From Vulcanimicrobiota bacterium (GTDB taxonomy: Bacteria; Vulcanimicrobiota; Vulcanimicrobiia; Vulcanimicrobiales; Vulcanimicrobiaceae): a stretch of DNA of 64,000 nucleotides. Below the pieces are notes generated by a model. That model had not been told where the DNA came from, did no database searches, and was given only the letters and a program-made list of their open reading frames with translations. Every line of letters begins with the position of its first letter. Position 1 is the first letter of the stretch. Below are positions 10,639-21,108 of the stretch, in pieces. Location: positions 288,001-352,000 of the forward strand of contig CAWCIZ010000003.1 of assembly GCA_963795855.1 (NCBI GenBank), read 5' to 3'. Position numbers and translations under genes: made by a program.

Positions 10639-12351
10639 ATGCACTTTTCGCCGCGCCCGAATCGCGCCCACGAAATTGCCTGGATGTCCTGGGGCAGCGA
10701 AGGTTTCGAACGCGCGAAGCGCGAGGACAAGCCGGTTCTGCTCGCAATCTCGGCCGTGTGGTGTCATTGGTGCCACGTCATGGACGAAACCTCGTATTCG
10801 GACGAATCGGTCATCGCCGCGATAAACGAACGCTACGTCGCGATTCGCGTTGATAACGACCGCCGCCCCGACGTCAACGCACGCTACAACCAAGGCGGAT
10901 GGCCGACCACGGCGTTTTTGACGCCGGATGGAGCGCTGCTCGCCGGCGCTACGTATTTGCCGCCGGACCAGATGCGTCAAGCCCTCGAGCAGATCGCGCA
11001 CTTTTACCGCTCCAATCGCGAGGATATCGCGTTGCGCGCCGCGCAGATTCGCCGCCCTCGCGTCTATGAAGCCGCACCCGGTTCGGCACTGTGCGAGGAA
11101 GTCGTCGAAAAGGTCCGCGACACTGCTGCGCAGGCGTATGACCAGGAGTACGCCGGCTTCGGTACTGCGCCGAAGTTTCCGATGATTGACGTTTTGGAGT
11201 TTTTGCTGCAAGAGTATCGCGTGACCGGCGAGCAGCGCTGCTTCGACATGGTCGCAAAATCACTGCTCGCGATGTCCAGCGCCGGCATGTACGACCACGT
11301 CGAAGGCGGTTTTTTTCGCTACTCGACGACCCGCGACTGGAGCGTTCCGCATTTCGAGAAGATGACCGAAGACCACGCCGGCCTGATCCGGCTGCTCTCC
11401 ATCCTCGTGCGCACGACTCGCAACGACCGCTTTCGCCAGACGCTGCTCTCCAGCACCGCGTACGTGCGCAACGTGCTGCGCGATCCCGCCTCGCGTCTTT
11501 TCGGTGGAAGCCAAGATGCCGACGAAACGTACTATTCGCTTCCGTTGGAAGAGCGGCGCGCGATGGACGCTCCATATGTTGACCGGACGTCGTATTCGAA
11601 CTGGACCGCGGCAATGGCGGGCGCATTCGTGATGGCCGGCGACGCGCTCGAGGACGAACGCCTCGCGGCCGAAGGCGAGGCGGCGCTCGATGCGCTCCAC
11701 GACGGCATGCGCGACACGCCGGGTTTGCTCTATCATTTCATCGAGCCCGGCGGCGAACCGCGCGTTCGCGGGCTCCTCGCCGATCAGGCTGCGTATCTTC
11801 GTGCTCTGCTCGATGCCCACGAATACGGCGGAGCGCCGCGCTTTCTTGAACGGGCGCGCCGGTTCGCGCCGCTGCTGCGCGAACATTTCGGCGCTGACGC
11901 AGGCGGATATTACGATCGCGCGGGCTTTGAAGAAACGGTGGGCAATCTCGAGATCCGCGATCGCCCCTTGCCGGATAACGCGCTCGTAGCCGACTCGCTG
12001 CTACGGCTCGATGCACTCGAGGGCGACGCTCGCTACCGCTCGTCAGCCGAAGACGCCTTGCGTCTGTACGGGAACACGTACGAGCGCGCAGGTCTGTTCG
12101 CGGCACCGTTCGCACGAGCGCTGCGCCGCTATCTCTCACCGCCGGCCTACGTCAACATCGTCGGTTCTGTAGAAGCAACCGCGGAATTACGCGAAGCCGC
12201 GCACGCGCTTCCGGATCCGCTGCTCGTCGTTCACACCATCGAGCGCGACGGCGAACCGCTTGCGGCCTATCTTTGCCGGGGTACGGTGTGCGCGGCACCG
12301 GCGCGCACGACCGCCGAACTGCGCGAAGCGTACGAAACGCTGGCCGTTTAA
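10639..12351 (+). CDS. Thioredoxin-domain protein, YyaL/DUF255 family
   Basis: WCHWCHVM, GGWPTT, GMYDHVEGGFFRYS, WSVPHFEKM. Confidence 0.92.
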   Translation: MHFSPRPNRAHEIAWMSWGSEGFERAKREDKPVLLAISAVWCHWCHVMDETSYSDESVIAAINERYVAIRVDNDRRPDVNARYNQGGWPTTAFLTPDGALLAGATYLPPDQMRQALEQIAHFYRSNREDIALRAAQIRRPRVYEAAPGSALCEEVVEKVRDTAAQAYDQEYAGFGTAPKFPMIDVLEFLLQEYRVTGEQRCFDMVAKSLLAMSSAGMYDHVEGGFFRYSTTRDWSVPHFEKMTEDHAGLIRLLSILVRTTRNDRFRQTLLSSTAYVRNVLRDPASRLFGGSQDADETYYSLPLEERRAMDAPYVDRTSYSNWTAAMAGAFVMAGDALEDERLAAEGEAALDALHDGMRDTPGLLYHFIEPGGEPRVRGLLADQAAYLRALLDAHEYGGAPRFLERARRFAPLLREHFGADAGGYYDRAGFEETVGNLEIRDRPLPDNALVADSLLRLDALEGDARYRSSAEDALRLYGNTYERAGLFAAPFARALRRYLSPPAYVNIVGSVEATAELREAAHALPDPLLVVHTIERDGEPLAAYLCRGTVCAAPARTTAELREAYETLAV

Positions 12352-13496
12352 TTTCCGGTACGCACCAGCGCGTTCCAGAACCATACGCCGTAAAGGCTTG
12401 CGGCACAGGAGTACGCGATCAGCAGTTTTGCCCAAAGCGCGAGACGATCGCGCGCCGCAAGGAACATCAGCGCGACCAAGAACGGAATGAAATCGAGCGC
12501 GTGCCGCATGCCGTATTGCGCGAAACCGTTCACGTAATAGACGAAATTCGGAACGGCGGTGAGAATCGCCGCCAACCAGAGCGCAACCACGAGCCGTTGC
12601 GGACGCCGAGCGAAGAAGGCGTACACGAGAGCCGGACTCGTCCACGTCAGCGCCACGCCTGAAAACGAAGGACGAACCCACGGGAACGCGCTGGTGAACT
12701 GCGGATGCTGCACGAAGAACGACCACAGCTCGTACGGCAAGTAGATTAGACGAAACGGCGATCCGGACGGCATGCCGGCCTGATCTTGGTGATACCACGT
12801 CGTGTAGCCGGCGTCGGCGACCGTACCCCAGCGCACGAGGTTGTAGCGGATCCACAACACGGCCGCCGCGGCAAGCACTCCCGCAAAGCCGTACAGCGCA
12901 CCGCGCGAACGTTCGTCCTGCAGCAGCATCGCGGCGTACACCGGAATGGCGAGCGCCATCGTGAAGCGCGACTCCGCCGCACACACGGCCCAGAGCGCGA
13001 CAAGCCACCCGCGCCGTTTTCCGCAGAGTTCCACGAGCGCGAGCATTGTAAAGCAGACCGCAGCGACGTGCGCGACGAACCATACGTCGCCGAGCATCGC
13101 GCACCACGCGAGGTCCGTGCCGGCCAGCAGAAACGCGCAGATCCAGGCGTTCGCAGCCGGCGTCGCGCCGAGTCGTTCGCCCAGTTCCCATGCGGCGCCG
13201 ATCGCAACGCCCGCGAGAACGACGGCCAGAAGCGTTTGATTCGCCGCCGTGCCCGCAATGGCAACGTACGGCAGCAGCAGCACGGCCGGAAGCGGCGCTT
13301 CGATGACGTAATGCTGCCCATTGTAGCCAAGCGCGTCGATGTATGCGCCGGGCCACGTTATCCACGCATGCCCGTGCAAGAATGCATCCGCGAGCAGAAC
13401 GTAATTGTTGTACGGCGTCGAGCGGAAATGCGAGAGCAGCAGCGTGACGACGAAGCCCGCGATGCCTGCATACACTGCGCGGCGGGTGACGGTCAT
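12348..13496 (-). CDS. Polytopic membrane protein, possible GT-C-type glycosyltransferase
   Basis: Likely start MTVTRRAV; many TM segments; NYVLLADAFLHG and QYGMRHALDF motifs. Confidence 0.6.
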   Translation of the reverse strand: MTVTRRAVYAGIAGFVVTLLLSHFRSTPYNNYVLLADAFLHGHAWITWPGAYIDALGYNGQHYVIEAPLPAVLLLPYVAIAGTAANQTLLAVVLAGVAIGAAWELGERLGATPAANAWICAFLLAGTDLAWCAMLGDVWFVAHVAAVCFTMLALVELCGKRRGWLVALWAVCAAESRFTMALAIPVYAAMLLQDERSRGALYGFAGVLAAAAVLWIRYNLVRWGTVADAGYTTWYHQDQAGMPSGSPFRLIYLPYELWSFFVQHPQFTSAFPWVRPSFSGVALTWTSPALVYAFFARRPQRLVVALWLAAILTAVPNFVYYVNGFAQYGMRHALDFIPFLVALMFLAARDRLALWAKLLIAYSCAASLYGVWFWNALVRTGN

Positions 13497-13519
13497 GCCG
13501 CCGCTGGTTCGGTCCGCGA

Positions 13520-14980
13520 TCAGCAATGTCCCGGCTTCAAGCGCACCGTGTAGATAGGAAACGCCGCGGATTGCGGACAGAGCAACAGGCGATGCGAACG
13601 CAAAACGGGCCGGCCGACGTAATAGACCGGACGGCGTGCCAACCATCCCGGCAGATATCGCACGTCTTGATAAGGCCACGCGATGTCTATCGTTCGCGCG
13701 CCGAACCTGCGCTCGACGTACGCAGCATAAGCCAGCGCGGTTCCTCGCGTCCAATCCGAAATCACGATCGCGTCGTTCGGTGTTTTCGCGCGCACTTCCG
13801 CAATCAACGGCTCCGCGCCGAATGCCGCCCGCGTGCGCGCGTCGGAATAATTGCCGACCAAAAGAAATGCGGCGGCGCCGGCGACGGGCAGGCGAATGAA
13901 GTTGCGGTAGCGCGGGTCCAACGTCGCCGCTCCCAGGCCGATGAGAATAGTCAGTGCGATCATCGGGATGAAGAAATACCGTTCGATTTCCACCACCGGG
14001 GGATACGCAAGCGCGAACGCCGCGGGGAGAAGCACCGAGAGCAGCAGTGCAAGCGCGACGACCGCTCTTCGCCGGAAGATCAGCGCAAGGCAAATCACCG
14101 CGGCGACCGCTCCCACCGGAGTGAATTCCGTATACATCGCCGCACCGAATGTGCCGGTTTTGGCGGAATACGCCGGAAGATCGAACATGCGCGCGATACT
14201 GCCGCCCGCGTTGAACTCCGCTCCCGTAACCAGTCGCACGAATCCATGCAGCGTCTGCGGGTTATCGGTGTTCCAGATCGCTGCGCCCGCGGGTTTGCCG
14301 ATGGACGGCGCCGGATCCAATCCGCGCGCAACGACGGCGTGGCTGCGCAGCGGTAAATACGCATAAAGCAGCAAAGGCGCCCCTGCGAGCAGCAAGCCCA
14401 GCGCCGCACTTCGCCAGGTGAACAGCCCGCGGCGAGCGGCCGCGAGCAGCAGCAGTGAAGGCAGCACGAAGAGTACGATGGGGTGCGTCGCCAAACCGAC
14501 GCCCCACGCTGCCGCGGCGGCGCCGAACGCCTTTGTGCTGCGCTCGTAGTAACCGCGCAGCGCGAAGTACAACGTCAACGCGCCGCAAAACGCGCTCATC
14601 GTATGAATCTCGGCGCGCGCGCCGTAGATCCAAAAATACCATCCGAATGCGAAGAGACAGGCGCAGCAGACCGCGGTTACACGGTCACGCGTACTTGCGG
14701 CTATCGCTCCGTAAACGAGCGCAACGCAGCCGATTGCCAGCAGCGTGCAAAACAACGAGACGCGCCATGCCGGGGTTGCAACGGGGAGAACATGCGCGAA
14801 GACGCCCGCAGAGAGGACGTAAGCCGGGAAACCCGTGGGATGCGGAATGCCGAAAATCCAGGCTACGGTTTGCATTTCGCCGGTATCCCAATACGCAATT
14901 CGGCCTTGCAGCGTTGCAAGGAACGCCGCTGCCGGAACGGCGATCCACAACAGCCCGAGACTGCGCGGAACGCGGTTCAA
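13520..14980 (-). CDS. DUF2723 (TMEM260-like) membrane glycosyltransferase
   Basis: WDTGEMQ, GIPHPTGFPAY and RAEIH motifs typical of DUF2723. Confidence 0.8.
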   Translation of the reverse strand: MNRVPRSLGLLWIAVPAAAFLATLQGRIAYWDTGEMQTVAWIFGIPHPTGFPAYVLSAGVFAHVLPVATPAWRVSLFCTLLAIGCVALVYGAIAASTRDRVTAVCCACLFAFGWYFWIYGARAEIHTMSAFCGALTLYFALRGYYERSTKAFGAAAAAWGVGLATHPIVLFVLPSLLLLAAARRGLFTWRSAALGLLLAGAPLLLYAYLPLRSHAVVARGLDPAPSIGKPAGAAIWNTDNPQTLHGFVRLVTGAEFNAGGSIARMFDLPAYSAKTGTFGAAMYTEFTPVGAVAAVICLALIFRRRAVVALALLLSVLLPAAFALAYPPVVEIERYFFIPMIALTILIGLGAATLDPRYRNFIRLPVAGAAAFLLVGNYSDARTRAAFGAEPLIAEVRAKTPNDAIVISDWTRGTALAYAAYVERRFGARTIDIAWPYQDVRYLPGWLARRPVYYVGRPVLRSHRLLLCPQSAAFPIYTVRLKPGHC

Positions 14981-15648
14981 AATGAAGGCAAGGCGGGCGT
15001 GGGCAGCGGCTTGGGCGATTGAAACGTCGACTTCGGCAAGCGTGGCGGAAATTGATATGCACTGAACGTAATCCGCTCGCTCGCGGGCTTTCCCCGGATC
15101 TTTGCGTGCACGGCGGCGCTTACCGGCACCCAGTATTTTCCGGCTCGCGCAAACGCGACGGAACCCGTGCCGCTCATCGCCGCGGACGCGCTCTTGAAGC
15201 GAATTTCGGAAGGCAAGTACGTCCGGCCGTCGATCGTCATCCCGACCACCACGAACGAGCCTGTTGCGCCCAGGGGCACCGCCCTGTAAACGTACGAGTA
15301 ACCGCCGGCGCTGCGAATGCTGCGTAAAAATAAAAACGCGTATTCCGTCATGCGCGGCGCAAGCGTGTCGATCGTGTAGCGGTTGCGGTAGCGCGCGATG
15401 CGCGTGGTTTTGACCTTGAGCGTCTGACCGTCGACCTGCACCGTTTCATCCCGGACCAGTTCGCCGCTGCGATAAATCCGATGCGCCTGCTCGATCGTTT
15501 GCGGTCCGGCTTGTGAAACGGAATACGTAAACACCAGCGTCTTCGGAACGTCCGCCGTCAGCAAATGCGCGCCGTACCGCTGCAGAACGACTTGCGAGTC
15601 GAGCGGCGCGCTCGCGAGGGCGGCCGCCGCGAGCAGTGCCGGCAACAC
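14977..15648 (-). CDS. Hypothetical exported protein
   Basis: Signal-peptide-like N-terminus; translationally coupled to alaS and DUF2723. Confidence 0.65.
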   Translation of the reverse strand: MLPALLAAAALASAPLDSQVVLQRYGAHLLTADVPKTLVFTYSVSQAGPQTIEQAHRIYRSGELVRDETVQVDGQTLKVKTTRIARYRNRYTIDTLAPRMTEYAFLFLRSIRSAGGYSYVYRAVPLGATGSFVVVGMTIDGRTYLPSEIRFKSASAAMSGTGSVAFARAGKYWVPVSAAVHAKIRGKPASERITFSAYQFPPRLPKSTFQSPKPLPTPALPSF

Positions 15649-18260
15649 TACGCGAGCACAGCCTCTCGTATCGCGCGCACGGCGCTATCCGCGCCTTCGG
15701 CATTTTTCCCGCCGCCTTGCGCCTGCGCGGGCTGTCCGCCGCCGCGGCCTCCCACGAGCGGAGCGGCAAGTTTCACCAAGTTGCCTGCGTGTACGCCCGC
15801 CTTCACCATATCGTCGCTCGCACTGACGAGCAAACTGACGCTGCCGTCGTCGACGCCGGCGAGCGCGATGACGCCGCTGCGCAAGCGTTGACGAATCGCA
15901 CTGCTCAAGTGCCGCAGCGCTTCCGCGTTCGCTTCGTGCACGACGGCGCCGACGAACGTCTTCTCTCCCGCATGCTCGGCGCGTTCGACGTAGGTTTGCG
16001 CGTCGGACGCCGCCAGCCGCGCCTTGAGTTCGCCGACCGCGCTCTGCAAATCTTTGATCTCACGCTGCATTTTTGCGATGCGATCGCCGACTTCGTCGGG
16101 CGTCGAAGCCAGTGATGCAGCCAGATCCGCAACGAGTTCCTGCTGTCGCTGCGCGTACTCTTCGGCGGCGCGGGACACGCACGATTCGATGCGCCGTATT
16201 CCGCTGCCGACCGAAAATTCGCTGAGGATGACGAACATGCCGAGTTCACCGGTCGAATGCGCGTGCGTTCCGCCGCAGAACTCCACCGACCGGCCGGCTT
16301 TGACCACACGGACGCGGTCGCCGTATTTCTCGCCGAACATCATGATTGCACCGCTCGCGCGCGCTTCCTCGATGGCCAGCACGCGCGTTTCGAGCGGCGT
16401 GTCGTCCCGAATCATTTCATTGACCCGCCGCGCAACGTCGCGCTTTTGCTCGGGCGAGAGCGCGCCGCCGGGCGAACGAAAGTCGAAGCGCATGCGGTCG
16501 ATGCCGACCCACGAGCCGGCTTGCATCACGTCGTCGCCGAGAACGTCTTTGAGCGCGCGCTGCAGCAGGTGCGCGGAGGTGTGGTGGCGGCGAATTTCCC
16601 GCCGCCACTCCGCAGAAACTTGCGCGCGCACGCCCTCGCCGACGCGAAGCGTTCCGCGTGTAAGCACGCCGTGATGTACGACAGCTTCACCTTGGAACTG
16701 CGCGTCGCTCACCTCGAAATTTGCGCTGCCGTCGGCAAGCGCCAGCGTACCGCGATCGCCGATTTGGCCGCCTTTCTCCGCATAGAACGACGTGCGATCC
16801 AAAATGATTTGCGCTGCTTCGCCGCTCTGCAGTTCTTCGGCTAGTTCTCCGTTTTTGAGAATCGCTACGATGTTTGCGTGCGTATCGAGCCCTTCGTAGC
16901 CCAAAAATTCCGTTTTGACTGCCGGCAATTCCGCGAGCGTTACGACGGCTCGTTTGGAGGCTGCATCGCGGCGCGCGCGTTCCCGCTGCTCGTTCATCGC
17001 GCGCTCGAAGCCCGCATGGTCGATGGTAACGCCGCGTTCGCCCGCGATCTCACGGGTCAGCTCCACCGGGAAGCCGTAGGTGTCGTGAAGCGTGAAAACG
17101 TCCTCGCCTGAAAGCGCCCCGCCGATCGAGACGCGCTCGAGCAAGTCGTCGAGCATCGCCATGCCGCGTTCGAGCGTGCGATCGAAGGTTTGCTCCTCCG
17201 CGCGCAGCGCGTTTTGGATGCGCGCGGCATTTGCGCGTAATTCCGGATAACCGGATTCGAGCGACGCAATCACCGCCGGGACGAGTTCGGTCAAAAACCC
17301 ATTCGGATAACCGAGGAGTTTGCCGTTGCGGATCGCGCGCCGAATCAAGAAGCGCAGGACGTAGCCGCGGTCGGTGTTGCTGGGATAGACGCCGTCGTTG
17401 ATGAGGAACGTAAGCGCGCGGGCGTGATCGGCGATGATGTTGCGCCGCTCCGCCTGCGCTTTTGCGGTCAGCGAAGTCTGTCCAACGGAAGGCTGCGCTT
17501 CGATGATGTCGGTGAAGAGATCTGTCTCATACATCGACACCTTACCGTTCACGACGGCAAGCATACGTTCCAGGCCGGCGCCGGTATCGATCTGTTTGCG
17601 CGGCAGCTCTTCCATCTTTCCCGCAGCATCGCGATTGTATTGCTGGAAGACGACGTTCCAAATCTCCACCCAACGATTGCCTTTGTTCGGGCCGTCGTCA
17701 TCCGGACTAAGCGCGTTTTCCACACCGCTGTCGTAGAAAATCTCCGTGCACGGACCGCACGGCCCCGTCGGTCCCATCGTCCAAAAATTGTCTTCGTCGA
17801 AGCGGCTGATGCGCTCGGCGGGCAGGCCGATGTCCTCGCGCCAAAACTGCTCCGCTTCGTCGTCCGACGTGTGAACCGTCACGGCGAGCTTTGCCGGATC
17901 CACGCGCAACGTTTCCGTCACGAAATCCCAGGCGTACCGGATCGCTTCACGTTTGTAGTAGCCCCCGAAACTGAAATTCCCAAGCATCTCGAGGAACGTG
18001 CCATGACGTCCGGTGCGGCCGACGTTTTCGATATCGCTCTTCGCCCCCGCCACGCGCAGGCACCGCTGCACCGTTACGACGTTGGTTGCAGGCGGCGGCT
18101 CGTCGCCGAGAAAGGCGGGCACGAACTGCTCCATCCCTGCGATCGTGAAAAGAGTGGTCGACATCGCGTCGGGGATCAGGCTCGCGGACGGAACGTGCTT
18201 ATGGCTGCGCGACGTAAAAAACTCGACGAATGCCGAGCGGAGTTCTTGGCTTCTCATCAT
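15648..18260 (-). CDS. alaS: Alanine--tRNA ligase
   Basis: FLEMLGNFSFG, GPCGPCTEI, HHTSAHLL, EFCGGTH, GGRGGG. Confidence 0.98.
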   Translation of the reverse strand: MMRSQELRSAFVEFFTSRSHKHVPSASLIPDAMSTTLFTIAGMEQFVPAFLGDEPPPATNVVTVQRCLRVAGAKSDIENVGRTGRHGTFLEMLGNFSFGGYYKREAIRYAWDFVTETLRVDPAKLAVTVHTSDDEAEQFWREDIGLPAERISRFDEDNFWTMGPTGPCGPCTEIFYDSGVENALSPDDDGPNKGNRWVEIWNVVFQQYNRDAAGKMEELPRKQIDTGAGLERMLAVVNGKVSMYETDLFTDIIEAQPSVGQTSLTAKAQAERRNIIADHARALTFLINDGVYPSNTDRGYVLRFLIRRAIRNGKLLGYPNGFLTELVPAVIASLESGYPELRANAARIQNALRAEEQTFDRTLERGMAMLDDLLERVSIGGALSGEDVFTLHDTYGFPVELTREIAGERGVTIDHAGFERAMNEQRERARRDAASKRAVVTLAELPAVKTEFLGYEGLDTHANIVAILKNGELAEELQSGEAAQIILDRTSFYAEKGGQIGDRGTLALADGSANFEVSDAQFQGEAVVHHGVLTRGTLRVGEGVRAQVSAEWRREIRRHHTSAHLLQRALKDVLGDDVMQAGSWVGIDRMRFDFRSPGGALSPEQKRDVARRVNEMIRDDTPLETRVLAIEEARASGAIMMFGEKYGDRVRVVKAGRSVEFCGGTHAHSTGELGMFVILSEFSVGSGIRRIESCVSRAAEEYAQRQQELVADLAASLASTPDEVGDRIAKMQREIKDLQSAVGELKARLAASDAQTYVERAEHAGEKTFVGAVVHEANAEALRHLSSAIRQRLRSGVIALAGVDDGSVSLLVSASDDMVKAGVHAGNLVKLAAPLVGGRGGGQPAQAQGGGKNAEGADSAVRAIREAVLA

Positions 18261-18340
18261 GGAACGATGGGGTATTTGGCGGCGCAGCGACGGATGCCCG
18301 CTTGCTGTGGCCGCTCGAGAGCGGGAACAACCTCGATGTT

Positions 18341-18736
18341 ATGATTGGAGCAATCGTCTTCGCCGCCGCAGTTGCGACCGCGTCGCCCGCTACCGGAGTC
18401 GGACCGCCGACCAGTCCCAAGCAGGCACAGAGCCATGCGTCGCGCGAGTTCTCGGGCATGCCGAAACCGGGGATGGGCACTTCACCGCCGCTGCTGCAGA
18501 AGTCGGCGCCAGCGCTGAACACGCACGCAACCGCCGGTCCGCTGTTGCGCAAAGCCGCGCCCGGGGCAAGCCCGAACAACGCCGGCCGCAACGCGCTGCG
18601 CTCGTTTTCAAGCGCGGGCACGCAGGCGAACCCTACCGGGCCCGGCATGGGCAACCAAGGCGCGCGTTGGGGATGGTTTGGGTTATTCGGAGTTCTCGGT
18701 CTGGTCGGTCTCTGGCGCCGTTACAGCGGCAGCTGA
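18341..18736 (+). CDS. Exported low-complexity protein with WGxxGxxG C-terminal anchor
   Basis: Signal-like MIGAIVFAAAVA; C-terminus WGWFGLFGVLGLVGLWRR. Confidence 0.75.
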   Translation: MIGAIVFAAAVATASPATGVGPPTSPKQAQSHASREFSGMPKPGMGTSPPLLQKSAPALNTHATAGPLLRKAAPGASPNNAGRNALRSFSSAGTQANPTGPGMGNQGARWGWFGLFGVLGLVGLWRRYSGS

Positions 18737-18739
18737 CGT

Positions 18740-19530
18740 TTACTCCTGCAGCACGTGGCGCAGTTTTTCGAGCGCCTTCTGCTGCAGCCGGGAGACGTGC
18801 ATCTGCGAAACGTTCAGCCGTTTCGCGATTTCGGTTTGCGAGACGCTTTCGTAGAAGCGAAGATACAAAATCACGCGTTCGCGACCGGTCAGCACTTCGA
18901 ACGCGCGCTCGAGGTTCGCTTTGTCTTCGAGCAAGGCAAGGCCCGCATCGGTCGTCCCAATGTAATCGGCGAGCGTTTGCGCTTTCTTGTCGCCTTCGCC
19001 GGAGAGTTCGGTGTCGAGCGAAAGCAAGTTGTAAGCCTGTCCCAGTTCCTGCGCTTCCAGAATGTCTTCTTCGGTTGCGTTGAGATGCTCGGCCAGCTCG
19101 GCGACGGTCGGACTGCGTCCCATCTTGACCGAAAGCTTTCGATCGCGCGGTTGACCGCCAAATTCAGCTCCTGCAGCCTGCGCGGAACTTTGACCGCCCA
19201 GCCTTTGTCGCGAAAATAGCGCTTGATTTCACCGACGATCGTCGGTGTCGCGTACGTGGTGAACTCGACGCCGCGCTCGAGGTCGAAGCGATCGATGGCC
19301 TTGAGTAATCCGACCGTACCGACCTGAATGAGATCGTCGAGCGACTCGCCGCGGTTCGCGAATTTCACCGCCAGATAGCGCACCAAATTCAAATGCGCGA
19401 CCACCAGTTCGCTGCGAAGGCGTTCGTAGTCCGGATCGTGAGGGCCGCGCTGCTTGACTTCGGCAAAACGCGCGAAAGCTTCGCGGGTCTTGTGTCGGTC
19501 CCAGCGTTCCTCTTCCGTGTGTTGGTGCAC
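18740..19530 (-). CDS. sigB: SigB/SigF-family RNA polymerase sigma factor (frameshift near 19138)
   Basis: DDLIQVGTVGLLKAIDRFD, YATPTIVGEIKRYFRD, SQMHVSRL; two frames joined at an A-run. Confidence 0.88.
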
Positions 19531-19962
19531 TTAGCTCGTTACTTTTTTCGTCATAACCAGATTCGTGCCGCGCTCGGGATGCACGTCGTATTCGACGGAA
19601 TCCATCAGGGAACGAATCAAGAATACGCCGAGACCGCCAACGCGCGGTTCGTCGACGCGGCGCGACGAGATCGCCTCCGGACGCGTGCCGCGCCCGTAAT
19701 CGCGAACGCGAACGGTGAGCGAGTCGGGCTCGGTCTCACACATGATCTCGATTTGGTCGCTTCCGTGCGCGTGCTGTATGCAATTGGTACAGGCTTCGGC
19801 GACCGCCAGTTTCACGTCTTCGATGTCTTCGATCGAGAAGTTGAGCCGGTTCGCGACGGCCGCCACCGCGAGACGTGCGACCGCGACCCACTCCGCCTTG
19901 CTCGGAATGCGCAGCTCCACGATCCCAAGGGATCGATTGGTGTGGGCAAGCGGCTGATTCAC
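19531..19962 (-). CDS. rsbW: Anti-sigma factor Ser kinase, RsbW-like
   Basis: IEDVKLAVAEACTN, GGLGVFLIRSLMD. Confidence 0.9.
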   Translation of the reverse strand: MNQPLAHTNRSLGIVELRIPSKAEWVAVARLAVAAVANRLNFSIEDIEDVKLAVAEACTNCIQHAHGSDQIEIMCETEPDSLTVRVRDYGRGTRPEAISSRRVDEPRVGGLGVFLIRSLMDSVEYDVHPERGTNLVMTKKVTS

Positions 19963-20303
19963 ACGAGCGCCTTCATCGCGGCGTCTTCGTCGTCGTAGAT
20001 TCCGAAGATTTTCACCAGCCCGGTGATGTCGAAGATTTTCTTGATTTGGGGGTTGGTGCAGACCAAGTTCACCGTGCCGCCATGCTCGCGCACGCGCTTC
20101 AGTCCGCCGATCAGCACGCCGAGCCCGGTCGAGTCGATGTAGCGAACCTTCTCGAGATTGATCACCAAGTTGTAGTGACCCTTATCGATGAGGTCGCCGA
20201 TGGCGTCCTTGACTTTGGGCGAGGTGTAGACGTCGATCTCTCCGTTGAGATCGACGACGTACGTATCACCCTCAGCCTCTCGAACGTTGACTTTAATATC
20301 CAC
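19959..20303 (-). CDS. rsbV: Anti-sigma factor antagonist (STAS), RsbV-like
   Basis: GEIDVYTSP, YIDSTGLGVL. Confidence 0.92.
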   Translation of the reverse strand: MDIKVNVREAEGDTYVVDLNGEIDVYTSPKVKDAIGDLIDKGHYNLVINLEKVRYIDSTGLGVLIGGLKRVREHGGTVNLVCTNPQIKKIFDITGLVKIFGIYDDEDAAMKALV

Positions 20304-20311
20304 TCTCTCTC

Positions 20312-20644
20312 CTACGAGTCCGAAGATTGCCGCGACAAGTCGTCGCGGATGTGTTCCGCGCTCGTCTGACCCTCGTCGACCGCGGCGTTTATGTTTGAAC
20401 GAGCGTTCTCCACGACGTTTTTCCCACGTTCGTACAGATCCGTGGCTCTCGACCGCAAATCTCCCGTGGCGTCCACCGCGTAGTTACTCGCCTCGCGTGC
20501 CTTACCGACGATCAGATCGCGTGCGGACTCCTGGGTCAAGAGGTAGGCCGCGATGCCTCCCGCCATGGCGCCGAGCACGAAGCCGGCGAAAAATCCGCCC
20601 CCGCCCTTGCCGCCGTCATCGGGCGTCCTGCCGCCCTCGTTCAT
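20312..20644 (-). CDS. YtxH-like general stress protein
   Basis: GFFAGFVLGAMAGGIAAYLL followed by a coiled region. Confidence 0.75.
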   Translation of the reverse strand: MNEGGRTPDDGGKGGGGFFAGFVLGAMAGGIAAYLLTQESARDLIVGKAREASNYAVDATGDLRSRATDLYERGKNVVENARSNINAAVDEGQTSAEHIRDDLSRQSSDS

Positions 20645-21045
20645 GGGTTTTCTCCCGTCCGTTTGCCGTCGCCGCGAACCAAGCGCCGCACCCCCGCCGT
20701 GATTCCTCCGAGGGTTGCCCCGACGTTCACAATCGCCGGCGCGAGCGCTTCCTGCGTCAGTTTTGCGCTGTGAGCCGCGGAGCCGGCTACCTGTTCCAAC
20801 GAGGCGACGACGCCGGAGAGGCGCGCGATCGTCTGATCGGCGGTGTCGGCGATGCCGCCCACGTGGGCAAGCGTTTCGCTGACGGGCTTGCCGAGCGCCG
20901 CTACCTGTTCGTCCACGCCGTCGAGCGTCTTGTCCAGGCGGCGAAGGGTGCGGGCCAAGGCGACCATAGCGATCGATACCGCTACGCCGACTAAAAAAAC
21001 GCCGACGCCAACGCCAACATCCAAAACGATAGCCCAATCAAACAA
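20641..21045 (-). CDS. DUF948 (YtxG/YoxC-like) membrane protein
   Basis: N-terminal TM plus heptad region; sits upstream of the YtxH-like gene as in the ytxG-ytxH arrangement. Confidence 0.72.
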   Translation of the reverse strand: MFDWAIVLDVGVGVGVFLVGVAVSIAMVALARTLRRLDKTLDGVDEQVAALGKPVSETLAHVGGIADTADQTIARLSGVVASLEQVAGSAAHSAKLTQEALAPAIVNVGATLGGITAGVRRLVRGDGKRTGENP

Positions 21046-21066
21046 ACTTTGACCCTCCGTCTCGAT

Positions 21067-21092
21067 GTACCCGGACGTGAACCAACTATTCC
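21067..21092 (-). promoter_or_regulatory. Putative SigB/SigF-type autoregulatory promoter
   Basis: GGAAT-N15-GGGTAC upstream of DUF948-ytxH-rsbV-rsbW-sigma. Confidence 0.55.
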
Positions 21093-21108
21093 CCGATATG
21101 CTTCAAGT

